From Camelus ferus (lineage: Eukaryota): 64,000 nt of DNA. Every line of letters starts with the position of its first letter. Within the stretch, counting starts at the first letter, position 1. The stretch is from assembly GCF_009834535.1 (NCBI RefSeq), contig NC_045697.1, forward strand, positions 115,756,001 to 115,820,000, in the 5' to 3' direction. Shown in pieces: positions 1 through 12,435 of this stretch. A program made the position numbers and the translations under genes. The notes beneath the pieces are model-generated. The model saw only the letters and a list, made by a program, of their open reading frames with translations. It did not search any database and was not told the DNA's origin.

Positions 1-1324
1 GACTTTTCTGTCCCTCTGACCACAGTCTATTCTCTCATTTTCCATTCGTTGTTCCAAATTTACCCCAAATTAGTTGTCTCTATCCACAGCCAGTTAGACT
101 CTTCTCCAATTATAATTCTTCTTCTCCTTGTTCTATGTAGACCATCAATGTGTTATAGTTCTTTGCATAAGGTGGATGCTTAATAACTGTCTATTAATTA
201 CTAGGAATTCTCTCTCCTAATCCATCCAAATGGGGTCACCTACTATAATTTAGGTTAATTACATTTTGACATGAATACACCTTAAACTTACACATTGTCA
301 TGTGTCAATTATATCCCCATAAACCTGAAGAAAAAAGTGGGTAAAAAAGTCATTTAACATTAAAAATCACATGTATAAGGAATCTCACCAACTAGAGGAT
401 TGTGATAAAAATATTTGCATCTAAAATGGTATGTGGCACCAAGCAGGTGCTTACCGAATAAATGGACATACTCATGACTGACATGATGTAGCATGCTTCG
501 CAGCAGAAGTGCTCAGTCACCCCATCCTCACATTTCTACGTGTAATTTGCAATCTCTGATGATGAAAACTGCCACAGTTAAATCCAAAGCTAAAAAAGAG
601 AGGCAGAACACAATGTCTTCTTTTGTCTATACTGTACCAAATATGAAAGTGTTTTTTGAAGGAAAAAATACAGAACACTGAACATGTACGAGATACCGTC
701 ACCATCCTCTGCATCTCCAGGGTCCGGTCTACTGGGCACACAGTAAGCATGGCGACCAGACTGACCAACAGGAAGGCTGGTTTGTTGACAGTGATCTCCA
801 ACAGGGTTGTCCGCCCATGAAACAGGAATAGGGGGCCACATTACCATCGGATTACTGACACTAAAATGGATTTTGCAGGGGAGAGAATTTGCTGTTTGCC
901 AAAGGAAGAGGATCAGAAAACTAAGATCAAGAATTGAAATAACCCACAGGAGGAAAAAAAATTGAAAAGAATTGAAATAACCCATGAGAAATGAAGAATT
1001 AAGGCAACTATCCAAAGAATCCAGGCAAGCTAATATTTTAGGCAGAAAGGAAAAAGATGCCCGGAATCTGAATGACCAGGATTGGCTCTCTATAATCAGC
1101 ACAGATGGATATTCAACTTCGAGGCCTATCTCTAAAAACAAAACTTCGGTTTCTTTTTCCAGATTAGGATTAGGTCATTTAGAATCTTCTACAAAATTTA
1201 TAAAAATAATTATTAAAATAAAATTTTAAATTTCCTCTTAGGAATTTATTTAACATGACATGAGTAGTTAAAATCAGTGTTGGCAAAACACTACTGATTT
1301 TAAATACGTCGCAAATGCAACACC

Positions 1325-1790
1325 CATTCATTCAGTGAGTGTTCCCAGAGAATCTCCTCTGAGCCAAGAGGCTGTTGCTGGGAGGGGTACACAGATGATA
1401 AGACAGCTTTTCAGGCCGATGGAAGAAAGAAGGCAGGATACGCAGGTAAAAGGAATACATGGAATTTTCTATATTTAAAGGAGGGAGGGTTTTCCCCCAC
1501 CATGGCAGCTACAGAGGTGGCTTTTAAATTTTGATTTGTATAGGAGTTTAAAAATGAATAAGGATTTAAATTGGGAAAGCCCTAGAAATGGATATTCTCA
1601 GTAAAGGACACAACACGAGGAAGGCAAAGGTGGCAGAAACAGAGTATCTGTTTACCAAAAGTGAGCCCTGGGTCCTGGAAGGGAAAAATGAGGGGGGAAG
1701 GGGGACGTCTGGAAAGGCAGCCGAAAAGGCAGATTCCTCATCTGAACATCATTTAAATACAACCCGTATGAAATGGAAAGGTTTGTAGCC
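1325..1790 (-). mobile_element. L2 LINE fragment (degenerate)
   Basis: Starts cattcattca...gagccaagaggctgttgctggga, resembling the reverse complement of the L2 3' end, followed by purine-rich L2-like sequence. Confidence 0.5.
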
Positions 1791-1924
1791 AACAAAAATA
1801 AGTAGATCAAATTTACGTTCTTCCTGCGTATTTTTTTTTAATAATCAAGGTTTCTTTTCCATGTAGTGTTACTAAATTTTAAGAGTCAAAGAACTAAACC
1901 TAAAACAGTACAAACTCTACATTA

Positions 1925-2150
1925 TTGGGTTCCTATATGCCTGGCGCTGGGCTAAATACAGTACATGCATTAATCCATTTAATCTTCGTAAGGCTGAAAG
2001 TATTCATTGGTCCCAGTTTTCAGATGAAAACATGGAGGCAAGAAAGCTGAAAAACATACCCAAGATCACATCGTTGTCAAGTGGCTGAGCCGTAACTTGA
2101 CTCAAGGCCCATCAGATTCCAAAATTCATGCCTTTACCCACTACACTGCG
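1925..2150 (-). mobile_element. MIR SINE
   Basis: Antisense MIR core: cccagttttcagatgaaaacatggaggc...cccaagatcaca...tttacccactacactg. Confidence 0.8.
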
Positions 2151-3276
2151 CCACTTCTCAGTGTTTTCACTGGGTAACATAAGTAAAGACACTTGGAAAA
2201 TTGATGTTTTTGTACCACATTTAATGGAAAGAAATGGCTGGGCTTCTTTCAACCATCAATTTTCCATGTTACAATTTATGTGGCAACACTGATTTATACC
2301 CTCGAGACCGTTTTAAAAATAATTTCCCTAAGCATATATTTCTGAGACATTTATAATGTATTTGAAAATTAAAATATTGATTTAATTCATGTTCCTTGAT
2401 GATCATCTTGCTTCACAGAATTGCAATTTTTAGAATGCATAGATTATCTTTCCACCAGAGGGGAAAATTCAATAAAGCAAAGATCTCGAGCCACACACAA
2501 ACTCTGGTCCCATTTTATATTTTGAATGATAAAAATAAGGTATATGTTTTGGGATGATTAACATTCTAAAAAAAAATAATATTTTAAAAGTATTTTCTAG
2601 GGGTCTTCTGTTTCTCAAGCATTCACTGTTGCCGATCAATCAGAAACCCATAATGCGACAGTCTGTTTTATTTGAATTGATTGTAAAGTTCTTTACTGTT
2701 TTATAGCATGTTTCCTAAGGCAAGCACGTGGAAGCTTCCCTCATAAAAAGAACTAGAAATTCTTGGGATGTTAATGAGGTAACTATAACCTGGTTGTTTT
2801 TAGATTCTATATTAGAAAGACAAGCATCTTTTTCTAGGAAAAGAAATGTCAGTTTCCATTTCTAATTATGAGACACGAGGCACAGAGATAATGACATTCA
2901 ACGTGACAAGTGGTGAGAGTTCTGTGGCATGCCATCTGCTGATTCCTTATCCCTAGAGCTTTCTCATTGACCCCCCCATTTCCTTGTGAAACTCCCCAGC
3001 TGTAGGTTTACACCGAGTCCCCCCAACTGCAACTTTTTGTTCTCTTCCTGTTGCCGAAGGGAGCTTGCTGATGGTGGCACCAATCAATCTTATCTCTACC
3101 CGGCAGGGAAGGACAGCTGCCGCTGATCTGTTCTTGTGATCTCCAATTAGCTTGTTTTCTGATAAATTTCTCGTTTGTCAGGGTCTTTGTGAGACATTCT
3201 GTATTTACAGCCTTTGGGGTGATCAATTCTAATACAGTGTTTTATGCTAAATTCTGTATCAAGATCACTCCTGACA

Positions 3277-3705
3277 TTTGCAGGAACATAGGTGGACCTG
3301 GAGATCGTTGTACTAAGTGAAGTAAGTCAGACAGAGAAAGACAAATACCATACGATATCACTTATGTGTAGAATATTTTTTTAAAAAGGACACAAATGAA
3401 CTTATTTAGATAATAGAGACAGACTCACAGATATAGAAAACAAACATATAGTTACCAGGGAGGAATGGGGGCAGGGAAATTGGGAGTTTGGGATTTGTAG
3501 ATACACACTACTATATATAAAGTAGATAAACAACAAGGTCCTACTGTATAGAAAAGGGAACTATATTCAATATCCTGTAATATCCTATAGTGAAAAAGAA
3601 TATGAAAAGGAAAGTGTATATGTACGTATAATTGAATCACTATGCTGTACATAGGAAATAACTTGTAAATCAACTGAACTTCAACTTAAAAAAAAGTTTA
3701 AAAAA
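3277..3705 (+). mobile_element. 5'-truncated L1 (end of ORF2 + 3'UTR), artiodactyl-type
   Basis: ctaagtgaagtaagtcagacagagaaagacaaatacca motif, A-tail, perfect 13-bp TSD atcactcctgaca at 3264-3276 and 3706-3718. Confidence 0.93.
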
Positions 3706-5470
3706 ATCACTCCTGACAATTACTTAAATACTCACTGTCCAGTACGAAGCTCACTGCTCTGTTTTTTGTGATAGAAAAGGGAGAAGAGTGACAGCTTTAT
3801 AGTTTATTAACATAACCAAGTGCTACTATTTAAAGCAAGGCGCCACTCCTCATGGAAGCCACCTTTGCTGTTTGTAATGGACCAGAATCTAAATTACACG
3901 CAGTTCCTCCTTTGGGGAATCTGAAAAGAGTATAAAACAGACTCTGCTATTTATGTTTTTTTTTTAATGTGCATTAAGAATCTACACATACTGATAAACT
4001 GCTTTTGAAGCTCATGATTTGCACAACTAATACCAAGTTACGTAAATAATGTATTCTCATTCCTGCATAATACACGCAGGACACATATCAGCCCCCCCAT
4101 CACCCTGAGCTAATCTACTTCAGGTTGTAAAAGCAATTTTTAGCAAGTTTAAATTCATCCTTATATGAGGTATAAAATAGACTAATAAAGCTGTCTGCTA
4201 AACTGGAATGTTGTGTCATATTTCAAAGCAAACAAAGCTTTTCTGAAAATTCTAAATTTATTTTCTCTTCCTGGACTGATCAGTTTCTTTAGACCTCATT
4301 TGGCCTCACTGTAAGGATATGTGATGTCACTTTACTTAAGTACAAGAACACAGAGTTGTAACACTGCAGTGGTTAGAAGGTAAGAAGCCTGAATGTATAA
4401 ATAGAATGTGCCAATGTTTCTTGTACAAACAACTCATCTTTTATAGAAATGCATATTTTATGAACATATTATCTATGTTTGCATATGTAGATACGTATGA
4501 TAAGACAAAGGAACACACATTTGCAAGAAAAATGAAAATCAGAGATTCATATCCAATGATCAGCTCACTAAGAATTGGACATTAAGTCCAGCTATCCTAA
4601 AGAACACACTCTAAATATATCCTTTTAATTTTAAACATTGTTCTTTTCTTAAAATTAACTTTCATGAGACACTATTTTTTCCTTGAAGTTATTTTATAAA
4701 CCCTAAGTGATCAAATCATTTATTCTCTGGTGTTTCTAAAATTGCATAGTGTTTGAACCTAACAAAATTATTACATTCAACTCTTAAACAGCATATATGC
4801 TAAATAACTATTTGTTTCCACAATTGGTACACAGACACACAAAAAATTGTTGAATGAATTTTGACACTTTAGTCATTCACTTCATAGGAAGCTTCATGTC
4901 TTCAACACATTTCTGTATCACTTTATGCCCTATATTTTCTAAGTGTTAAAACTAATGAAGTTAAATGTGCTCTCTTAACCTAAGGAAATCTAACTGTTAT
5001 ATGGAAGCAAAGTTTATTTATGTATATAAAAACTGGCACCAAATTCCTATAGTAAAATTCTATTTGTTCTGCTTTTGTGAGGACAGTATGAAATTAAGCA
5101 AACCTCTTCTCGACTCCAAGAAACTAAAAACCTAACAATTCTTTGAATACAGTTAAAAGCAGAAGAAAACATTTAACAATAAAAATACTTGTTTGCTCCA
5201 ACTTGTGCTAGAAGAGAAATTATTCTTCTACATTCACCTTCCATAAAGATAAAAGTCCTTTCCTTTTCACAGCACTTTCTGATAGCAAGAGAGGGAAACT
5301 AGAGGAGATACTGCAGAATGCTGCTTTGGAAAAAGGGATTTAATTTTTACATTTCTATAAGAAAAGGAAATTCTGCATCTGCATTAAAAGAAACATTTTT
5401 AGCTGTCCCAGTCTGCTTTGTGGGCTGGCTAGGAAACCATCCACCAATTAAACTGAAAACTAAGATGAAA

Positions 5471-6779
5471 GCTGGACAGTCACGTGTGAATCAAAGAAGT
5501 TAGAACATATCTCACTACCAGACATGAAAATAAACTCAGAATGGCTGAAAGACAAATGTAAGACATGGGACCACAAACCTCCCAGAAGAGAACATAAGCA
5601 AAATATTCTCTGACATAAATCATACCAATGATTTCCTAGGTCAGTCTCCCAAGGTAATAGAAACAAAAGCAAAAGTAAACAATTGGGACCTAATCAAACT
5701 TATAAGCTTTTGCACAGCAAAGAAAACCATCAACAAAACAAAAAGACAATCTACAGACTGGGAGAAAATATTTGCAAATGATGTGACTGACAAGAGCTTA
5801 ACTTCCAGAATATACAAACAGCTCATACAACTCAATAACCAAAACAAACAAAACAAAACAAAACAAAAAAACTCTATCAAAAAATTGGGAGAAGACCTAA
5901 ACAGACATTTCTCCAATTAAGACATACAAATGGCCAATAGACACATGAAAAGATGCTCAGTATCCCTAATTATTAGGGAAATGCAAATCAAAACTACAAT
6001 GAGGTATCACCTCACACCAGTCAGAATGTCCATGATTAAAAACTCTACAAATAACAAACAATGGAGAGGGTGTGGAGAAAAGGGAACCCTCCTACACTGT
6101 TGGGAATGTAATTTGGTGCAGCCACTATGAAAAACAGTATGAAGGTTCCTTAAAAAACTAAAAATAGACTTGCCATTCAATCCAGCAATCCCATTCCTGG
6201 GCATATATCCAGACAAAACTCTAACTCTAAAAGACACATGCACCCCAATGTTCACAGGAGCACTATTTGCAATAGCCAAGACTCAGAAACAACCTAAATG
6301 TCCATCCAACAGATGACCGGATAAAGAAGATGTGGTATATTTACACAATGGAATACTATACAAGCATAACAAGAATAAAATAATACCATTTGCAGCAACA
6401 TGGATAGACCTGGAAATTGTCATTCTAAGTGAAGTAAATCAGACAGAGAAAGACAAATAGTATATGATATCACTTATATGTGCAATGTAAAAATGTGATA
6501 CAAATGAACTTATTTACAAAACAGAAACTGACTCACAGACCTAGAAAAGAAACTTCTGGTTACCAAAGGGGAAAGCAGGTTTGGGATAGGATAATTTAGG
6601 AGTTTGAGATTAGCAGATACAAACTATTTATATATAAAATAGATAAACAATAAGGACCTACTGTATAGCACAGGGAACTGTATTCAATATCCTGTAATAA
6701 TCCATAACACAAAATAATATGAAAAAGAATATGTGTGTGTAACTGAATCACACTGCTGAACACCAGAAACTAACACAAC
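5471..6779 (+). mobile_element. L1 3' 1.3 kb (disrupted ORF2 C-terminus + 3'UTR)
   Basis: ORF 5930-6130 translates to L1 ORF2 C-terminal sequence ([10 protein letters not shown]...[10 protein letters not shown]...[12 protein letters not shown]) with stops/frameshifts; 16-bp degenerate TSD gaaaa(c/g)taagatg(a/g)aa at 5455-5470 and 6975-6990. Confidence 0.95.
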
Positions 6780-6792
6780 AGAAAGAAAGAAA

Positions 6793-6876
<84 letters not shown>

Positions 6877-6980
6877 AAAAGAAAGAAAGAAGAAAGAAAG
6901 AGAAAAAGAAAGAGAAAGGAAGGAAGGAAGGAAGGAAGGAAGGAAGGAAGGAAGGAAGGAAGGAAGGAAGGAAGGAAAAG
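6780..6980 (+). repeat. Compound (GAAA)n/(GGAA)n microsatellite, pure purine tract
   Basis: (GAAA)21 at 6795-6878 and (GGAA)15 at 6918-6977, read directly. Confidence 0.97.
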
Positions 6981-7002
6981 TAAGATGGAACTGAGGTAGA
7001 GC

Positions 7003-7105
7003 AGTAGTTACTTGTGATCATGAACTCTGGAACAATCTAGGGAGCTTCTTATAGACACTGGTGCCTGGGTTTTTAAAAAGCTTCCCAGGTGATTGGACCA
7101 CTGAC
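7003..7105. mobile_element. MER5-like hAT-Charlie fragment
   Basis: gggagctt...tgcctggg...tttaaaaagcttcccaggtgatt...accactg, typical MER5 motifs. Confidence 0.55.
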
Positions 7106-7139
7106 TAACTGACCACTCCCTAAATCCTCTCAAAAACTG

Positions 7140-7520
7140 CCAGAGCATCGGGAGGGAGGCCAGCCCAACCAGCGGCCACAGCTCCCAGCAGGTGAGCGGA
7201 AGAGCCCGTCTGCGTGGCAGCAGCCGCGGGGAGGGGACGTGGAGGGAAAACACAGGGATTCCTGAGGATCTTAAAGGCCCACAGACTTCATTTCATATAT
7301 TCCCAAAAAATGCCGCCCAAAAGCAAAGCCTCGACTCTGGGCGGAGTAACTAGCAAACGTCCCGGAGCACGGGCATGAAAGGCTGCCTGTGCTCCGTCAG
7401 GGTCTTTAGAAAGACCCGAAGGTGCTGCGGCCCCCGAGACCTCGGGGCCGGCCCGCCTCATCTTCCTTGGAGAAGGATGGAGACCCACCCTGCGGGGAAC
7501 ACCTGCGGGGAGTGGAATCC
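7140..7520. promoter_or_regulatory. CpG/GC-rich patch, possible weak promoter or enhancer
   Basis: Dense CpGs relative to flanks; GC box gggcggag at ~7339; plus-strand donor-like CAG|GTGAGC at 7191/7192. Confidence 0.45.
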
Positions 7521-8001
7521 AACTGGAGCAGGTGGGGAACATGGAGGGGGAGGGGTCCTGAGAATACAGGAAGACCCATCACTAAAGATGAAAAGATGCA
7601 CGGATTCCCCTCCAAAGCCATGAAATTATATCCCAAGAACAAGAGGGGAAAGTCCTGGTTAAATTACTAACAGTTATTGAAAGAACCGCAGTAAATACGG
7701 CTGCAGTGGAGAAGGGAAATGTAACCTTATCCTAAATACAAGATCAAGTAAGTTAAGAAAGGAGTAGAAGTTATCAAATTAAAGCATGAATCAAAAATAG
7801 GGGGGAAAAAAAGGTAGGAGGTGAAATAAAGGAGAAAAGAGAGTTGACAGGGCTCAGAAAATATTTAGGGGGAAAAAAGAAAATAATAAGTCATTTCCTA
7901 AACACTTTTTAAGGTTAAAAAAGGAAGGGGGAAGAAAAAAGACTGGCTGGAACCGAATGATTTGAAAGGTTGTTCCTCTGCTGTTAAAAATAAACCAGAT
8001 A

Positions 8002-8279
8002 TCCCAGTCTGTCCCTTCCCACTTTCAAAATTTGTAGATACTGACAGGCATGTACAGAATCGATAAACAAGATTATACTGTATAGCACGGGGAAATATAT
8101 ACAAGATCTTGTGGTAGCTCACAGCAAAAAAAAAAAAAGGTGACAATGAATATATGTATGTTCATGTATAACTGAAAAATTGTGCCCTACACTGGAATTT
8201 GACACAACATTGTAAAATGACTATAACTCAATAAAAAAATGTTTAAATAAATAAATAAATAAGTATAGTAAAATAAAAT
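8002..8279 (+). mobile_element. Young L1 3' end with short 5' inversion
   Basis: 15-bp perfect TSD aaaataaaccagata (7987-8001, 8280-8294), TT|AAAA endonuclease site, inverted tcccagtctgtcccttcccact then sense L1 3'UTR and (TAAA)n tail. Confidence 0.9.
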
Positions 8280-9085
8280 AAAATAAACCAGATAGTCGGT
8301 AAATAGCGTGGATTAGTAATGAGACGAGGAATAGAATTTCTCAGTTTTCAACTAGTTTATATAAAACGTGCTCTTCTGCTCCAATTGGAATCTGTAAAAT
8401 TACTATATTGTGTGGCACTGGACACACCTCAGGGCAACAACAATAGAATTAAACGACCATGAGTACAGTATTCTATTAAGTATAGGGCTCTTATTACCCA
8501 GCTGAGATCAATGCTTTACACACACGATCTCACCAATTCCCCTCAGAAACCCATGAAACCCACTATTTACAGTCATTGCGAAGAAGGCGAATCTCCCTAA
8601 AGAAAGTGACGTTTGCATGCACTGATGCTGTTTGTTGGGCTTTATATCACTCTCAAATCTCTGGATAGATTATTCTGACATTGAGTGGGGCCGTGGGCTA
8701 TGTCGGGCACACACATTTTATTCAGCAAGGTCCTTCAAGCAGCAGACAATAAGGAAAACAGTCAGACCTGAGAGTCTGCTGGCAGGAGAGATGGACTATT
8801 TGTATGAAGAGAGTGACACAGGGAAAATAAATGGGGATTTCAGATCTGAGCCCTAAATCAAAAGCCACAAGGACACATCCTCTAAGGCGATCACTTGCAA
8901 TTGAGCTGCTTCTCAGAGGGAGGCCCCGTGTAGAGTTCCGCAGGATAAGTCGCCACTGAGATTTATCTGTCCACCGACGGCTAATGAATGTCTGATGGAA
9001 GGCCAGTTAGACCAGCAAGCCAATAAATAACCCCGCAGGAGAAGTGGTAACATGAAGCTAGCAGTTGGTGATTGAGGTGTTCCAA

Positions 9086-9247
9086 CAGCTGCTGCTCTAA
9101 ACATGGTCCCTGAGGGCCAGCACGTGGCATCAGTCAGGAGCTTGCTAGAAATACAGAGTTCCAGGCCCTTCTCCACTCTGCTGAAGCTGACTCTGCATCG
9201 TAACAAAATCCTCAGTGTCAGATGTATGTGAAGTTTGAGAAGCACTG
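9086..9247. mobile_element. MER5A (hAT-Charlie MITE)
   Basis: ggagcttgctagaaatacagag...ctctgcat...aacaaaatcctcag...aagtttgagaagcactg. Confidence 0.8.
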
Positions 9248-9414
9248 CTCAAAAAGGCATAAGTGATTATGTTCTGTAATGGAGTGAAAATTTCACAATA
9301 ATCAAAATATTGAATTTTTGTAATTTACTCATCCATTCAATAATTATCCTTTTAAGAGCTTTCTCTGTGCATTGAACTATATGAGACGCTGGCAATAAAG
9401 TCCTGACAGATAAA

Positions 9415-9522
9415 ATGTATATGTATATATGTGTGTGTGTGTATATATATCTCTGAATCACCGTGCTCTACACCTGAAATTAACATGATATTGTAAATCA
9501 ACACTTCAACTAAAACAAAATT
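9415..9522 (+). mobile_element. L1 3' tip
   Basis: ctgaatcaccgtgctctacacctgaaattaacatgatattgtaaatcaac + A-rich tail. Confidence 0.8.
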
Positions 9523-10289
9523 AAAGAGAGGTGATTTTTGTACTTAGAGAGTTGGGAATCTAGGAGGTAATTAAGAGATTAAGAAAATAGTTAAAAGGGT
9601 AATTCATGCTATGAAAGGAGGAATACAAAAGTATATAAAAGCAGGACCTACTTAAACTCGGTTTTTCTCACCCAAATTTGGGAAAACGTTTGTGGCTTAT
9701 GCGCTGTTTCTCAGAGGCATATGGGGCAGTCTGTCTGAAATAAACGTTGCTTGATTTAGCTTTTAAGTTTCACCTCTTTCAACCCCTATCACTTGACATC
9801 AGCAAGACACAATGGAGCGAGAGCTTGGCTGGACACATCCCAGGCAACCACTGAGTGAGCTCTTCATTCCGGGAAGAATGACTACAACGACAATACAGGG
9901 ACTAAAGGATTCGCCACCTCTGGTGATACAGAATGAAGAGGAAAATGCCTTCAGATAGCTGTTACAAATAGGTGGCACCATGGCCCTCAACAGCACTTTT
10001 GTACTAAAATTTCCTTTGGCAGAAGTATTTGCTGGCGGCACTTTGAGTGGCATCCCACCTAATGGAATAGGCTGTGTGCTTTAGGGCTCTCTCTGCAGAT
10101 GCAGGATTCTAGGAGGCAAAGAAGTGGCGTGGAATTGATAAAAGAAAATCTGCATTCACTTGTACGGTGTGTAAGCTTGAAAAAATGACCCAAACGGTTC
10201 TAGAGAGGAGTCAGTGAATGAGTGGTAACATCAAATAACCATTTTCATGAATTGCTTCCCTCACACTGTTCAACATGATGTCGAAGGAC

Positions 10290-10480
10290 TTGAAAGACAG
10301 TTAGATTTGAGTTTAAAGCTCCAGTCCATTTTTGCCAGCTTTGTGATGCTGAGAACATTACCTATCATCTCTGAGCATCATTTGTTCATCGTATCTATAG
10401 AATGTCAATAATCCCTTTCTCCCAAGATAGTTGAAGAAACGAAGTAGGAGTAGAGCTCCCTTTAAGTGCTGAGTACAAAG
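10290..10480 (+). mobile_element. MIR SINE (degenerate)
   Basis: agatttgagtttaaa...agctttgtgat...ctctgagcatcatttgttcatc. Confidence 0.55.
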
Positions 10481-10604
10481 CTACAAAATTAAGATGTCTT
10501 TCCACTGCATGTATCCTGACCTCCTGAGCCTGCCATCTCCAACCTCCCTAAAGTCACTACCTGGCTTTTCAAACACTTTCCTCAGCTTTGCAGCAGTTCA
10601 GTTC

Positions 10605-11680
10605 AGTTCAAGTTCCAAGTTCAATTCATGTGTCAGGTATTTTGCTAAGTACAAGGAGTACAGTGATCAATATTCAAATGACATGGTTTCTATTCTTGGA
10701 CAGTTTATAGTTTTGTGATGAAGCCAGAAATGCAAACAGATAATAAACTATAGGATGTGCAGTGATAAAAGCATAATCAGGTTTCTAGGAAAATCCAGGG
10801 ACATTAAACTCACTGCAAAAGGTTAAGAAAAGTCTTCTGCAGAAGTTGATGCTTGCACCAATTGCTAAGGATAAGAGAAAATTAACCTAGTTAAAACATG
10901 CTTGGTAGGGGAGGCATTTTTATAATAGGGAAGAAAAATATGATTTCATATTAGACCTGTTCCTTTAGCTCTAACCCTGTGCTCTGTTTCCTGGGCTCAG
11001 TCATGCTGGTTCTGCACCTTTTGTAAAAGGATGTTGCCTAGAGCTTGAAATAGACAGGAGAGCCCATCCTCAAGGCTCTGACCTCTAAGGGTTAACACTT
11101 TCCCATTCATATAAAGATAAAAATTTGCAGAAAAGAGAACATTTGTCTTGTTGGAGGTTTACAGGAACACCATGGCCTGATCTACATGGACACCTGCAAG
11201 AACAAAGGATTCCAACATTAAGAAGTTTGCAACAAGCAACTACATCCCCTCCCCTTTTAGTATGTAAAGAGCCTGGATTCTGACTTGGGGAAGATGGTTC
11301 TCCAGGACATTAGTCCCGCATCTTCTCTGTCTGCTGACTTTCTGAATAAAGTCATTTTTCCTTGCCCTAACAAACACTTCGTCCCCCAGTTTATTGGCCT
11401 GACATGGGGCGAGCAGAAGGAGTTTGGATTTGGTAATATTTTTATATAGAGGAAGAACACTGGCAAAGACAGTGTGATGCAAAAATAGCATAATGCTCGC
11501 AGCCAAATGCCACAGTGGTACTGGACCACACACACCTTGTGGGGAGAGATTAAAGATGAAGGCACAGAGATGGGCAAGGACAAGATTGGATAACATGTTA
11601 AGAAACATAGCTATGAAAGGAAACCACAGAATGATTTCTGAAAAGGTAACAAAGCTAGATTTGCATTTTGCATCTCTCTC
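10605..11680 (-). mobile_element. L2 fragment interrupted by a solo LTR
   Basis: Antisense L2-like sequence (tgtgtcaggtattttgctaagtac...) either side of 10949-11438. Confidence 0.5.
10949..11438 (+). mobile_element. Solo LTR, ERV1-like
   Basis: ~490 bp with TATA-like tatgtaaa (~11261), AATAAA (~11345), U5-like ggcgagcagaa...ggtaata end; no internal proviral sequence. Confidence 0.75.
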
Positions 11681-12131
11681 CATGACACCTGGGTACAGCC
11701 ATCCTCAATTCCAGTATTACAATTCCCAGAAGTGTCTCCAAAGTGTGGAGGCATGTTGAAAGTTATCCATTATCAGTAAAGTAGGAAAGTTTGTGAAACA
11801 TTCTCTTTAAAAAATTATAAAGGAGCAAGTTAACCATCTTCTCAATTATTTATCAGTAAGTCACTTCTTTCCTGGCAGGTTTCTCCAATTCCAAACTGGA
11901 AGTCATTGCTAATATTCATCATTACTTTTCACTTATTTTTTGATATGCTTCTCCAACAGGGAAAGAGACAGGCAGACTCATAGCTAAGGTGAAATTTGCA
12001 TAATGCTGGGTAAATCTCTGAGAACATGTCCTAACATTGGTGGTCTTCGTGTGTCATGGCAGGAAAGAAAATGCAGAGCCGTTGGTAATTGTTACGGAGA
12101 ATGAATTGGCAGGGCCAAATTAAGAGACAGA

Positions 12132-12435
12132 ATTTTTTTTAATTGAATTATAGTCGATTTACAATGTTGTGTTAGTCTCTGGTGTACAGCATAGTGATTC
12201 AGTTACATATATATAGATATACTATTTTTCATTATAGGCCATCACAAGATATTGACTATAGTTCCCTGTGCTCTACAGTAGGATCTTGTTGTTTATCTAT
12301 TTTAGATACAGTAGTGTATAGCTGCAAATCCCAAATTCCTAGTTTATCTCTCCCCACCCCCTTCCCCCCGCCAGTAACCACAAGCTTGTTTTTTATGTCT
12401 GTGAGTCTGTCCCTGCTTTGTAAATGAATTCATGT
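12132..12435 (-). mobile_element. L1 3'UTR fragment
   Basis: T-tail + aattgaattatagtcgatttacaatgttgtgttag...tatagttccctgtgct. Confidence 0.9.

Noticed and set aside
590..1141. 183-aa minus-strand ORF with an exon-like part (VSNPMVMWPP...)
   Set aside because: No recognisable homology, weak donor, and part resembles a degenerate L2 3' end
6770..7021. F/L/S-rich 'membrane' ORF
   Set aside because: Translation of the GAAA/GGAA microsatellite
9799..10053. 84-aa ORF after an AG, with faint piggyBac/MER75-like wording near 10010
   Set aside because: No recognisable homology; the similarity is too short to call
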